DNA of 64,000 nucleotides from an uncultured Massilia sp. GTDB lineage: Bacteria; Pseudomonadota; Gammaproteobacteria; Burkholderiales; Burkholderiaceae_D. Shown piece by piece: positions 1-9,180 of the stretch. The notes under the pieces are model-generated. The model ran no database searches, was not told the origin of the DNA, and saw nothing but the letters and a program-made list of their open reading frames with translations. The translations under genes and the position numbers were made by a program. Location of the stretch: NCBI RefSeq assembly GCF_913773735.1, contig NZ_CAJYEB010000010.1:237894-301893 (forward strand), written 5' to 3'. Numbering within the stretch: the stretch's first letter is position 1; the number at the start of each line of letters is the position of its first letter.

Positions 1-446
1 CGGACGCGTCCCGGCGGCGCGAATTTCAGCTGGCGCGCCATCACCGCGGCCATCGACCAGTTCTCGAGGTCTGGCATCGCATCGAAGGCGCGCGCCAGGC
101 GCAGCCAGGCCATGTGCGGCGCCCGCCCGGCCACCGGCGGCCCGAAGTCGCCGAAGCCGTGGAAGAAGCGGTTGCCGGCGTGGCCCCAGTCGCGAAATTC
201 GATGCCCAGCTTGTAGGTGGCCTGCGTCGTGCGCATGAAGTCGGCCTCGTCGAGGCCCAGCGCCTGGTTGTAGAAGCGGATGGTGGGCAGGGTCGCCTCG
301 CCGACGCCGATGGTGCCGATCTCGGGCGACTCCACCAGCGCCACCTCGCAGCGCTTGCCGAGCCGCTGCACCAGCGGCGCCGCCGCCATCCACCCGGCCG
401 TGCCGCCGCCGACGATGACGATCCTGCGGATGGCGTTGTCCTGCAT
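1..446 (-). CDS. Tryptophan halogenase family flavin-dependent enzyme (5' part; runs off the window)
   Basis: Manual translation from ATG at 446: MQDNAIRRIVIVGGGTAGWMAAA...VESPEIGTIGVGEAT...ATYKLGIEFRDW. Contains the GxGxxG motif and the typical GVGEAT and ATYKLGI halogenase motifs. Not in the ORF track because it is incomplete. Confidence 0.85.
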   Translation of the reverse strand, partial: MQDNAIRRIVIVGGGTAGWMAAAPLVQRLGKRCEVALVESPEIGTIGVGEATLPTIRFYNQALGLDEADFMRTTQATYKLGIEFRDWGHAGNRFFHGFGDFGPPVAGRAPHMAWLRLARAFDAMPDLENWSMAAVMARQLKFAPPGRV

Positions 447-529
447 GCTGGTCTCCTGTCGCTGTCTCCCGGGATAGGCCCGTGTCATAGCGCAGCAGTG
501 TAGAGCACGCCCCACCCGGCGGCAACCAC

Positions 530-548
530 AATGTTAGCGCCCAACATT
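530..548. promoter_or_regulatory. Inverted repeat resembling a LacI-family operator
   Basis: AATGTT-AGCGCCC-AACATT, about 85 bp upstream of the halogenase start. Resembles TGTTAGCGCTAACA-type LacI operators with one extra base. Confidence 0.4.
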
Positions 549-559
549 TGCATCCCCTC

Positions 560-594
560 AAACCGGGGTCAGAGCCGGGGTCAGAGCCCGGTTT
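560..594. repeat. REP-like element: tandem CCGGGGTCAGAG x2 inside an AAACCGGG/CCCGGTTT inverted repeat
   Basis: Read directly. A related GGGGCAGGGCCC/GGGCCCTGACCCC inverted pair lies at ~54780-54820. Confidence 0.5.
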
Positions 595-654
595 TTGGCA
601 ATGGCTTGTCGGCATCGCTTCGCGTAGCTCGCTGGCGCGCCATGGGCCACCATG

Positions 655-682
655 AAAAACGGCAGCGCGTGGCTGCCGTTTC
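655..682 (-). terminator. Intrinsic terminator
   Basis: On the minus strand the stem AAACGGCAGC/GCTGCCGTTT is followed by a T-run, downstream of 731..1135. Confidence 0.7.
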
Positions 683-730
683 GGTGATATGAAGCGCGAC
701 TGACCGCGCGGCGGTGATATGTGGGTCGAC

Positions 731-1135
731 TTACATATTGCTGGGCGCTACCGGATTCGCGCCGCCGATCTCGACCTTCTCGACGAAATACGACGTCTCG
801 CCGAAGCAGGTGGTCGGCAGCCCGCCGTGCTGCGAATAGCTCAGCTGCACGCGCTGGCCCATGGCCGACTGCAGCTGCTTGACGATGGCGTCGTCGCGCA
901 CGGTAAAGGCGAAGCGCTCGGGAATCGCGCCCGGCATGCTCGACAGCAGGATCTCGCCCTCCCAGGTCTTGCACAGCCAGCCCTTGCGCGACAGTTTCTG
1001 CAGGTAGCCGGCGCGCTCGCCTTCGGAATACGACCAGTTCAGCACCGCCCAGACATACAGGGCGAACAGGCCGCCGATGACGACGATGACGGAGAGGACG
1101 ATGGCGCTGGCGCGGCGTGGGATGGAAGTCGGCAT
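731..1135 (-). CDS. Conserved-looking hypothetical membrane-anchored protein
   Basis: One N-terminal TM segment, then YSEGERAGYLQKLSRKGWLCKTWEGE. Codon pattern fits a real gene. Confidence 0.75.
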   Translation of the reverse strand: MPTSIPRRASAIVLSVIVVIGGLFALYVWAVLNWSYSEGERAGYLQKLSRKGWLCKTWEGEILLSSMPGAIPERFAFTVRDDAIVKQLQSAMGQRVQLSYSQHGGLPTTCFGETSYFVEKVEIGGANPVAPSNM

Positions 1136-1216
1136 GGGCGGATGGATCCGTGTCGAAAAAGGGGGGAAGCGTGCGGCGCGCCCATTCTGCCGACGGGCGC
1201 GCCGCTTGTCAAAACG

Positions 1217-1792
1217 TCAGACGTTCACGCCGAACGAGCGTGCGAGGGGGCCCAGGCCGCCGTTGTAGCCCTGGCCGACCGCGCGGAACTTCCATTCGCT
1301 GCCGTAGCGATACAGTTCGCCGAAGATCATCGCGGTCTCGGTCGAGCTGTCTTCCGACAGGTCGTAGCGCGCGATCTCGCGCTCGCCGTCGGCGTTCATG
1401 CAGCGGATGAAGGCGCGCGCGACCATGCCGAAGTTCTGGCGGCGCTGCTCGGCGTCGTGGATGGTGACGGAAAACGCGATCTTCTCGATGTCCGGCGGCA
1501 CGCGGCCGAGTTCCACGACCAGGCGCTCGTCGTCGCCCTCGCCCTGGCCGTCGCGGTTGTCACCCGTGTGCACGACCGAGCCGTCGCTCGATTTCAGGTT
1601 GTTGTAGAAGATGAAGTCGTTGTCGGCGCGGACCTTGCCGTCGCCGCGCAGCAGGAAGGCGCTGCCGTCGAGGTCGAAGGTGGCGCCGTCGGTCGCGCGC
1701 GGATCCCAGCCCAGGCCGATGATGACCTTCTTGAGGGTCGGGTCTTCCTTGGACAGGTTGACGTTGCCGCCTTTCTGCAGACTGATTGCCAT
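1217..1792 (-). CDS. terD: TerD-family protein
   Basis: MAISLQKGGNVNLSK...GLGWD...FDLDGSAF...FIFYNN...HTGDNRDGQGEGDDE...GELYR...WKFRAVGQG. Confidence 0.93.
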   Translation of the reverse strand: MAISLQKGGNVNLSKEDPTLKKVIIGLGWDPRATDGATFDLDGSAFLLRGDGKVRADNDFIFYNNLKSSDGSVVHTGDNRDGQGEGDDERLVVELGRVPPDIEKIAFSVTIHDAEQRRQNFGMVARAFIRCMNADGEREIARYDLSEDSSTETAMIFGELYRYGSEWKFRAVGQGYNGGLGPLARSFGVNV

Positions 1793-1867
1793 GTTGTTTC
1801 CTTTCCGCTTGGATGATGGCGGCCGTGTGCCGCCGGATACCGGCCGGCCCGTGGACCGGCCGCTTCG

Positions 1868-2905
1868 TCAGGTCGCGTGGCCGAGTTCGCGCTTGCGATA
1901 GCGCACCGAGGACCACAGCGACACGAGGATGAAGGCCACACCGGACAGCCCGGTGAACCATTCGGGAATATGGTACTGGACGCTGGCGAACATGATCAGC
2001 GCCAGGATGCCGATCGCGTAGTGCGCACCATGCTCCAGGAACACGAATTCTTCCAGCGTGCCCTTGTTGACCAGGAACACGGTCAGCGAACGCACGAACA
2101 TCGCGCCGATGGCCAGGCCCAGCATGATGATCACGACGTCCTTGGTGATCGCGAACGCGCCGATCACGCCGTCGAAGCTGAACGAGGCATCCAGCACTTC
2201 GAGGTAGAGGAAGCCGCCGATGCTGCCCTGCGAGATCGCCTTGCCGATCGCGGGATCCGTTTCTTCTTCCTCGAGCAGGCCGCTGAACCAGTCCACGCCC
2301 ACGTACACCAGCACGCCGACCACGCCGGCGATGAGCACCGACAGCTTCTTGCCCTCGGGTTCCAGGCTCATGCAGGCGAACACGGCGAGCAGCGTCAGCA
2401 GGATCGCCAGCCCTTCGGTGCCGTATTTCCCGATCTTCTCTTCGATCCAGCCCAGCCAGTGCAGTTCCTTCTCTTCGTCGAACAGGAAGTTGAGGAAGAC
2501 CAGCAACAGGAAGGCGCCGCCGAACGCGGCCACCTCGGCATGCTTGGAGGTCAGGTGCAGCGCATACTGGTCCGGATTGTTGGTGGCCATGTGCCAGACG
2601 TCGATGAGGCCGAGGCCGGTCGCCATCGACACGATCAGCAGCGGGAACAGCAAGCGCATGCCGAACACGGCGACCAGGATGCCGACCGTCAGGAACAGCT
2701 TGCGCCAGAACGCGTTCCAGTTGCGCAGCACCGAGGCGTTCACGACCGCGTTGTCGAAGGACAGCGACACTTCAAGCACGCCCAGCACGGCCGCGATCCA
2801 CAGGGCCTGCAGCAGGCCGGACGTGCCGCCGTGGTCGTAGCCCCACCAGGCGGCCAGTGCCAGCAGGACCGCCGTGACCACGAACGACAACCTGAAATGT
2901 TGCAT
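1868..2905 (-). CDS. DUF475 / TerC-like integral membrane protein
   Basis: LEVSLSFDNAVVNA and FLYLEVLDASFSFDGVIGAFA motifs; multiple TM segments. Start chosen at ATG 2905 after GGAGG. Confidence 0.88.
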   Translation of the reverse strand: MQHFRLSFVVTAVLLALAAWWGYDHGGTSGLLQALWIAAVLGVLEVSLSFDNAVVNASVLRNWNAFWRKLFLTVGILVAVFGMRLLFPLLIVSMATGLGLIDVWHMATNNPDQYALHLTSKHAEVAAFGGAFLLLVFLNFLFDEEKELHWLGWIEEKIGKYGTEGLAILLTLLAVFACMSLEPEGKKLSVLIAGVVGVLVYVGVDWFSGLLEEEETDPAIGKAISQGSIGGFLYLEVLDASFSFDGVIGAFAITKDVVIIMLGLAIGAMFVRSLTVFLVNKGTLEEFVFLEHGAHYAIGILALIMFASVQYHIPEWFTGLSGVAFILVSLWSSVRYRKRELGHAT

Positions 2906-3072
2906 CAATTCCTCCATTGACTGAAATGCCACAATAATCCTTGCATATTACCTTGTATCCAATGTCTATGGGCGCAAGGAATGTCGCCGCTAGACAATGC
3001 TTCTGCGATAATGCCCGCCGACATATCGCGGCGCACCGCGCCGTGCTTCCGGTCTTTAACCCAAGGATATTC

Positions 3073-3492
3073 ATGGATCTTACCTATCTGGTCACGCCGG
3101 TGCTGACCTGGCTGGTCGTCGGCCCGATCAAATTCCTGATCAACAGTGCGCGCCAGCGCCGCTGGGCATTCAACCTGATCGGCAACGGCGGCTTCCCGAG
3201 CAACCACAGCGCCACCGTCGTCAGCATGGCCACGCTGATCGCGCTGCGCGAGGGCATGGGCCATCCGGCCTTCGGCGTGGCGGTCACGCTGTGCTTCATC
3301 GTGATGATCGACGCCAACAGCCTGCGCCAGCACGTCGGCCGCCAGGCCGCCGCCATCAACCGCCTGGCCGCCGGCCAGCCGGACTTCAAGGTCTTGCGCG
3401 AGCGGATGGGCCATACGCTGGTGGAGATTTCCGGCGGGATCGTGACGGGGATCTTGATGGGGAATCTGATCTATCGGGTGCTGGTGAAGTAA
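3073..3492 (+). CDS. Divergent PAP2 (DUF212) family protein
   Basis: GNGGFPSNHSA, VMIDANSLRQHVG and LRERMGHT motifs. ATG at 3073 follows AAGGA. Confidence 0.88.
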   Translation: MDLTYLVTPVLTWLVVGPIKFLINSARQRRWAFNLIGNGGFPSNHSATVVSMATLIALREGMGHPAFGVAVTLCFIVMIDANSLRQHVGRQAAAINRLAAGQPDFKVLRERMGHTLVEISGGIVTGILMGNLIYRVLVK

Positions 3493-3510
3493 TGTCTGCG
3501 CTTGGTGAAA

Positions 3511-3593
3511 TTGGGTCCCGGCCTGCGCCGGGACGACGTTTCACCCAGTGTTGGCCGTGAAACCGTCTCCCCTGCGCAGGCCGTGGTCCAATT
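3511..3593. repeat. REP doublet (family A, CGTCGTCCCGGCGCAGGCCGGGACCCAA)
   Basis: Minus-strand copy at 3511-3538 and a degenerate plus-strand copy at 3564-3593. The same family occurs at 43994-44140 and ~51794-51822. Confidence 0.65.
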
Positions 3594-3653
3594 TCCATCC
3601 ACCCACCCGCCCCGGACGTCCGCCCCCGTCCGCCCCCGTCCGCCTGTGGCGCG

Positions 3654-3701
3654 TTTCATACTCGACCACATGCATTTCATCGCGCCTATCTGCATTTCAT
3701 C
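3654..3701 (+). promoter_or_regulatory. Triple direct repeat (TTTCAT core, 21/20-bp period) upstream of the RND operon
   Basis: TGCATTTCATC at 3671 and 3691, plus a degenerate GCGTTTCATAC at 3651. Confidence 0.45.
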
Positions 3702-3823
3702 CCTTCAAAACCGCGCTTGGCCGATCCCTCGTTGACTGTGTCGACGGGGTCCCGGATACTGCGCGCTGGCTTTTTCTATTCTTATTTTTACAGGTCAAGA
3801 GTCCAACTCGGGGGAACCAAGAA

Positions 3824-5002
3824 ATGCTGCGCAAAACCATCATCGTCCTTGCCATCGCCGCTGCGCTGAGCGCCTGCGGCCAGGGTGGCAAGGACGCCGC
3901 CAAGTCCGACAACACGACCGCCCAGGCGGACGGCAAGAAAGATGCCAAGGCCGTCCAGTTGCTGGTGGCCCCCGAAGACGTGCTGACGGTGCAGAGCAAT
4001 GCGCTCGCCTCCGGCCCGGTGATCACCGGATCGATCCAGCCGGAACGCCGTGCCGACCTGCGCGCCGAAGTGTCCGCCATCGTCCTGCAGGTCCTGAAGG
4101 AAAACGGCGAGCCGGTCAAGCGCGGCGACGTCCTCGTCAAGCTCGACGAAACCTCGATCCGCGACAGCCTGATGTCGGCCGAGGAATCGTCGCGCGCCGC
4201 CACCCAGGCCTTCGAACAGTCGCAGCGCGCCCTCGAGCGCCTCAAGACCCTGCGCGCCTCGGGCATGACCTCGGCCCAGGCCCTGGACGACGCCGAAGTG
4301 CGCCGCAATACCGCCCAGAGCGAAGTCTCGGCCGCCAAGGCGCGCCTGGTGGCCGCGCGCCAGCAGGTCGACCGCACCGTGGTGCGCGCGCCGTTCGACG
4401 GCATCGTGTCCGACCGCAAGGTGTCGCCGGGCGACACCGCGTCGATCGGCAAGGAATTGCTGAAAGTGATCGATCCGGCCAGCATGCGCTTCGAAGGCCG
4501 TGTCTCGGCCGACAAGATCGCCGCCGTCAAGCTGGGCCAGCCGGTGCTGTTCCGCGTCAACGGCTACGGCGAGCAGCAGTTCGCCGGCAAGGTGCGCCGC
4601 ATCGACCCGTCCGCCAACGACATCACCCGCCAGGTCGAGGTGCTCGTCTCGTTCACCGGCGAGAACCAGCCGCGCGTGGCCGGCCTGTACGCCGAGGGCC
4701 GCATCGACGCCGAACTGTCCGACGTCCTGATGCTGCCGGAGTCGGCGCTGGTCAAGACCGGCGACAAGACCTATGCCTGGAAGGTCAAGGGCGGCGCCCT
4801 GGCCAAGGTCGACCTGGGCATGGGCACGCGCGATGCGCGCACCGGCAACTACGAGGTCAGGACCGGCCTGGCCGCCGGCGACACCGTGCTGCGCCACCCG
4901 AACTCGAACCTGAAGGATGGCCAGAAGGTCGAGATGGCGGCGGCCAAGGCGCCGGCGTCCACGCTGGCCGCCGCCGGCAACGGCCAGGCCCAGGGCAAGT
5001 AA
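3824..5002 (+). CDS. RND efflux periplasmic adaptor (MFP), lipoprotein
   Basis: Lipobox ALSAC, biotinyl-lipoyl/hairpin architecture, VRAPFDGIV motif. Confidence 0.92.
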   Translation: MLRKTIIVLAIAAALSACGQGGKDAAKSDNTTAQADGKKDAKAVQLLVAPEDVLTVQSNALASGPVITGSIQPERRADLRAEVSAIVLQVLKENGEPVKRGDVLVKLDETSIRDSLMSAEESSRAATQAFEQSQRALERLKTLRASGMTSAQALDDAEVRRNTAQSEVSAAKARLVAARQQVDRTVVRAPFDGIVSDRKVSPGDTASIGKELLKVIDPASMRFEGRVSADKIAAVKLGQPVLFRVNGYGEQQFAGKVRRIDPSANDITRQVEVLVSFTGENQPRVAGLYAEGRIDAELSDVLMLPESALVKTGDKTYAWKVKGGALAKVDLGMGTRDARTGNYEVRTGLAAGDTVLRHPNSNLKDGQKVEMAAAKAPASTLAAAGNGQAQGK

Positions 5003-5023
5003 ACAGCGAGCCAGGAAAACCTC

Positions 5024-8000
5024 ATGTTCCTTTCCAATTTCAGCGTCAAGAAGCCGATCGCCACGATCGTGCTGATCATCGCGATGATGTGCATGGGCCT
5101 GCTGGCCCTGAGCCATCTGCGCGTGAACCAGAACCCGGACGTCGACATCCCGATCATCGTCGTCACCATCCCGTACCCGGGCGCCTCGCCGGAAACCTCG
5201 GAGCGCGAGCTGATCGAGCGCCTCGAGAAGCAGATGCAGGCGATCACCGGCGTCACCGAGGTGAACTCGTATGCCAACGAAGGCAGCGCCACGATCGTGC
5301 TGCGCTTCGACTTCAAGCGCAACCTGATCGAGGCGTCCGACGACGTGCGCAACGCCATCGCCGCGGTGCGCTACAAGCTGCCGACCGAGATGCGCGAGCC
5401 GGTGCTGCGCCGGGTCGACCCGTCGTCCCAGCCGATCATGAACCTGGCGCTGTCGTCCAGCTCCCAGACCCACGCCGAGATCTCGCGCCTGGCCGAGGAC
5501 GTGCTGGCCGACCGCCTGCGCGCCATCGACGGCGTCGCCAACGTCAACGTCAGCGGCTCGCTGCGGCGCGAACTGTCGGTGCTGCTGCATGCCGAAAAGC
5601 TGCGCGAGTACAACGTCTCGGTCAGCGACGTCACCAACGCGCTGTCGCGCCAGAACACCAATGCGCCGGTGGGCAAGGTGCGCAGCGAGCTCGACGAGAA
5701 GGGCATCCGCCTGGTCGGCCGCATCGAGCGTCCGGAGGATTTCTCGCAGGTCGTGGTCAAGCGTAACGGCGACACCATCGTGCGCCTGAACCAGGTGGCC
5801 GACATCCGCGACGGCTTCGCCGAAGTCGAGAGCATGTCCAGCCGCAACGGCAATCCGAACGTCGGCATCCAGATCATCCGTTCGCGCGAGGCGTCGACCG
5901 TGTCGATCGCCAAGAAGGTGCGCGAAGAGATCAAGGAAATCCAGAAGGAACTGCCGGCCGGCACCAAGCTGGACATTTCCTACGACGGCGGCAAGGATGC
6001 CCAGAGCAGCCTGAACAACGTGGTCGAGTCGCTGGTGTTCGGCGCCGTGCTGACCATCTTCGTCGTCTACGCCTTCCTGAATTCCTGGCGTTCCACCCTG
6101 ATCACGGCGCTGTCGCTGCCGACCTCGGTGCTGGCGGCCTTCATCGCCGTCTGGCTGTGCGGCTTCACGCTGAACTTCATGACGCTGCTCGGCCTGTCGC
6201 TGGCGATCGGCGTGCTGATCGACGACGCCATCGTGGTGCGCGAGAACATCGTGCGCCACATGGAAAACGGTTCCGACCGCCGCACCGCCGCCCTCGAAGG
6301 CACCGCCGAGATCGGCATGGCCGTGGCCTCGACCACCTTCTCGATCATGGCCGTGTTCATCCCGGTCGCCTTCATGCCCGGCATTTCCGGCGAGTGGTTC
6401 CGGCCGTTCGCGCTGACCGTGACCTGCTCGGTGATCGTCTCGCTGCTGATCTCGTTCACGCTCGACCCGATGCTGTCTGCCTACTGGGGCGACCCGCCGG
6501 GCCACCACCACGCCGAGCGCAAGGGCCTGGAAAAATACCTGGCGCGCTTCAACACCTGGTTCGACCACCAGGCCGACCGCTACGGCCGCGTGATCGCCTG
6601 GGCGCTGCACCACCGCCGCTGGATGGCCGTCATCGCCGTCGGCAGCCTGATCGTCGCGCTGGGGCTCAACAGCATGTTCGGCGGCACCTCGTTCCTGCCG
6701 AAGATGGACGCCGGCCAATTGCAGATCGAGGTGCGCACCCCGGCCTCGTCCTCGGTGTACTACGCCCAGAAGAAGATGGAAGAGGCGGCCGTACTGGCAC
6801 GCACGCTGCCGGAAGCCAAGGAAACCAACAGCACGATCAAGTCGAGCGGCGGCACCGTCTACGTCGACATCGGCAAGCGCAGCGAACGCAAGCGTAGCGC
6901 GGCCGAGGTCGCCGTCGAGCTGCGCGCCAAGATCGCGCGCCTGGTCGGCGCCGAATACACGGTCATGGACGACATGAACGGCAACGGCAAGCCGGTGCAG
7001 ATCGAGTTCACCGGGCCGGATTCGCGCAAGCTGATGGAACTGACCAATGCCTACATGGACAAGCTGCGCATGGTCCCGGGCGCGGTCGACGTCACGCTGT
7101 CCCAGCAGGATCCGAAGGACGAGCTGCAGATCGAGCTCGACCGCGGCCTGGCGAACATGATGGGCATCTCGGTGGGCGACGCCGCCACCGCGCTGCGCGT
7201 GGCCTTCGCCGGCATCGAGGTAGGCGACTGGGTCGACCCGACCGGCGAGACCCGCGACGTGGCCGTGCGCCTGGCGCCGGAAGACCGCGTGGGCACCGAG
7301 AACATCGAGCGCCTGCCGATCGCCGTCAGCGGCGCCAACATGATGGTGCCGCTCGACCAGATCGCGAAGATCACGATGGGCAAGGGCCCGTCGGCCATCG
7401 AGCACAAGGACGGCAAGCGCGTCGTGCGCGTGTCGGCCAACGCCCAGGGCCGTTCGAACGGCGAGGTCATGAACGACGCCATCAAGCTGGCCAAGACGAT
7501 GGACTTCCCGCCGGGCTACGGCCTGTCGCTGGGCGGCCAGAGCAAGGACCAGCAGGAACTGTTCACCCAGATGGGCATCGCCCTGCTGTCGGGCATCGGC
7601 CTGATGTACCTGGTGCTGGTGATGCAGTTCGGTTCCTTCACCGCGCCGCTGGGCGTCATGATGTCGCTGCCGCTGTCGCTGATCGGCGTGGTGGTGGCGC
7701 TGCTGCTGACGCGCGGCACGCTGAACCTGATGAGCTTCATCGGCATCATCATGCTGATGGGCCTGGTGGCCAAGAACGCGATCCTGCTGCTGGACGCGGC
7801 CCGTACCCGCGAGGCCGAGGGCATGGACCGCGAGGAGGCGCTGATGGAGGCCGGCCGCGCGCGCCTGCGTCCGATCCTGATGACGACCTTCGCGCTGATC
7901 GCCGGTATGCTGCCGGTGGCGCTGGCCCTGGGCGACTCGGGCGAGTTCTACCAGCCGCTGGCCATCTCGATCATTGGCGGCACCATCACGTCGACGCTGC

Positions 8001-8227
8001 TGACGCTGCTGGTCGTGCCGACCTTCTACGACAGCATCGAGATCGCCCGCGACCGCATGGCCGCCAAGTTCCACCGCCGCGTGGAGCGCTTCACGGTGCT
8101 GCCGGCCTTCGCGATGACCCTCGTCGAGGCGATCCTGACGTTGACGCTGGTGCGCTTCGTGTTCCGCATGATCGTCAAGCTGGGCCGGCTGCTGACGGGG
8201 CGCGCGCGGCGTCCGGCGGCGGCCTGA
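5024..8227 (+). CDS. RND efflux permease (AcrB/AcrD/AcrF family)
   Basis: 1067 aa. GVLIDDAIVVRENI, KNAILL and RLRPILMTT motifs. Confidence 0.95.
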   Translation: MFLSNFSVKKPIATIVLIIAMMCMGLLALSHLRVNQNPDVDIPIIVVTIPYPGASPETSERELIERLEKQMQAITGVTEVNSYANEGSATIVLRFDFKRNLIEASDDVRNAIAAVRYKLPTEMREPVLRRVDPSSQPIMNLALSSSSQTHAEISRLAEDVLADRLRAIDGVANVNVSGSLRRELSVLLHAEKLREYNVSVSDVTNALSRQNTNAPVGKVRSELDEKGIRLVGRIERPEDFSQVVVKRNGDTIVRLNQVADIRDGFAEVESMSSRNGNPNVGIQIIRSREASTVSIAKKVREEIKEIQKELPAGTKLDISYDGGKDAQSSLNNVVESLVFGAVLTIFVVYAFLNSWRSTLITALSLPTSVLAAFIAVWLCGFTLNFMTLLGLSLAIGVLIDDAIVVRENIVRHMENGSDRRTAALEGTAEIGMAVASTTFSIMAVFIPVAFMPGISGEWFRPFALTVTCSVIVSLLISFTLDPMLSAYWGDPPGHHHAERKGLEKYLARFNTWFDHQADRYGRVIAWALHHRRWMAVIAVGSLIVALGLNSMFGGTSFLPKMDAGQLQIEVRTPASSSVYYAQKKMEEAAVLARTLPEAKETNSTIKSSGGTVYVDIGKRSERKRSAAEVAVELRAKIARLVGAEYTVMDDMNGNGKPVQIEFTGPDSRKLMELTNAYMDKLRMVPGAVDVTLSQQDPKDELQIELDRGLANMMGISVGDAATALRVAFAGIEVGDWVDPTGETRDVAVRLAPEDRVGTENIERLPIAVSGANMMVPLDQIAKITMGKGPSAIEHKDGKRVVRVSANAQGRSNGEVMNDAIKLAKTMDFPPGYGLSLGGQSKDQQELFTQMGIALLSGIGLMYLVLVMQFGSFTAPLGVMMSLPLSLIGVVVALLLTRGTLNLMSFIGIIMLMGLVAKNAILLLDAARTREAEGMDREEALMEAGRARLRPILMTTFALIAGMLPVALALGDSGEFYQPLAISIIGGTITSTLLTLLVVPTFYDSIEIARDRMAAKFHRRVERFTVLPAFAMTLVEAILTLTLVRFVFRMIVKLGRLLTGRARRPAAA

Positions 8228-8232
8228 CCCTG

Positions 8233-8277
8233 GCAGGGTGGGCATGTGGGGCCCCTGGCCTCGGATGCCCACCCTGC
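8233..8277. repeat. 13-bp perfect hairpin, similar to the GTAG-type REP family B
   Basis: GCAGGGTGGGCAT...ATGCCCACCCTGC just after the RND stop codon. Confidence 0.55.
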
Positions 8278-8306
8278 ACCTGTATTCCGTCCGAAAATCA
8301 CTTCTC

Positions 8307-8350
8307 AAAAAACAACGGCGCGACGATCGATGACATGATCGCCGCGCCGT
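8307..8350 (-). terminator. Intrinsic terminator
   Basis: Minus-strand ACGGCGCGGCGATC/GATCGTCGCGCCGT stem followed by TGTTTTTT. Confidence 0.6.
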
Positions 8351-8444
8351 CGCGGCGGCATGCGCTGGAGCCGCGTCTGCCGCGCCAGGGCATGCCGGAA
8401 CCGAACCTCCGCAAAGAGCCGCGTGGCCCTTTGCCCGCACGCCA

Positions 8445-8885
8445 TCAGCGGCCGGTGTTCGAGGTCGTGCCGGTCGAACCGGTGTTCGAGGTGTCGTTGC
8501 CGGCGCCGCTGCCCGACGTGCCCGACATGCCCGAGGTACCCGACGAGCCGGTGCCGGCCGGCGGGGTGGTGGTGGTGCCGGTGCCCGTGGTGCCGGTGCC
8601 GGTGGCATCGGTCGGCGGGGTGGTGGTGCCGGTGCCCATGGTGGCATCGGTGCCGGTGGTGCCGGTACCCGTGGTGCCGGTGCCGGTTGCGCCCGTGCCG
8701 GTATCGCCGGTCGTGCCGGTCGCGCCGGTCGTGCCGCTGGTACCGCTGCTGGTGGTGCTCGGCGTGGTGGCCGTGGTGTCACCGGTACCGGTGGTGCTGG
8801 TGGTGTCGTTCTTCTTGCAGGCTGCCAGGCTGGCCACCAGGGCGGCTGCAAACAGGATCTTCGATGCGTTGCTGAGTGCGTTCAT
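8445..8885 (-). CDS. Thr/Gly-rich low-complexity lipoprotein
   Basis: MNALSNASKILFAAALVASLAAC lipobox, GAGGAG RBS, then TTGTG-type repeats. Confidence 0.8.
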   Translation of the reverse strand: MNALSNASKILFAAALVASLAACKKNDTTSTTGTGDTTATTPSTTSSGTSGTTGATGTTGDTGTGATGTGTTGTGTTGTDATMGTGTTTPPTDATGTGTTGTGTTTTPPAGTGSSGTSGMSGTSGSGAGNDTSNTGSTGTTSNTGR

Positions 8886-9180
8886 TTGTTTTACTCCTCG
8901 TTCACGTCTATTACGTGCCGCCGTCTCCAGGTGAGGCGCTGGAGGGCCGGCGGCGCCTGTTCGGTTCCTTGCCGGCTTGGCACGAAACCTTCGGAACCGA
9001 CGCAATACGCGGCCCCGTGAGCACGCGAATCCGACTGTCTGCGTTTGACCGGTATGGTGCGGGCCGGTTCGCCGGATTGCCTGCTTCTGCTTGTCGAGCC
9101 CATGCCGTCAGGCCTGTCTGCCTGTTGGGCATGCACCCCCATCCGCGGTACGGCATGCGGATTCGATGAAAGCCGAACCG

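Noticed and set aside
682-721. 10-bp direct repeat CGGTGATATG flanking a 20-nt segment
   Set aside because: Too short to call a target-site duplication, and no element lies between the copies.
2906-3072. yybP-ykoY manganese riboswitch upstream of the TerC-like DUF475 gene
   Set aside because: No recognisable conserved core on the minus strand.
3788-8851. 1687-aa minus-strand ORF and similar giant Arg/Ala/Gly-rich ORFs (e.g. 14170..16776, 32676..35129, 46281..49406, 55179..58181)
   Set aside because: They are antisense or off-frame shadows of clear genes, expected from stop-codon scarcity at high GC, and show no domain motifs.
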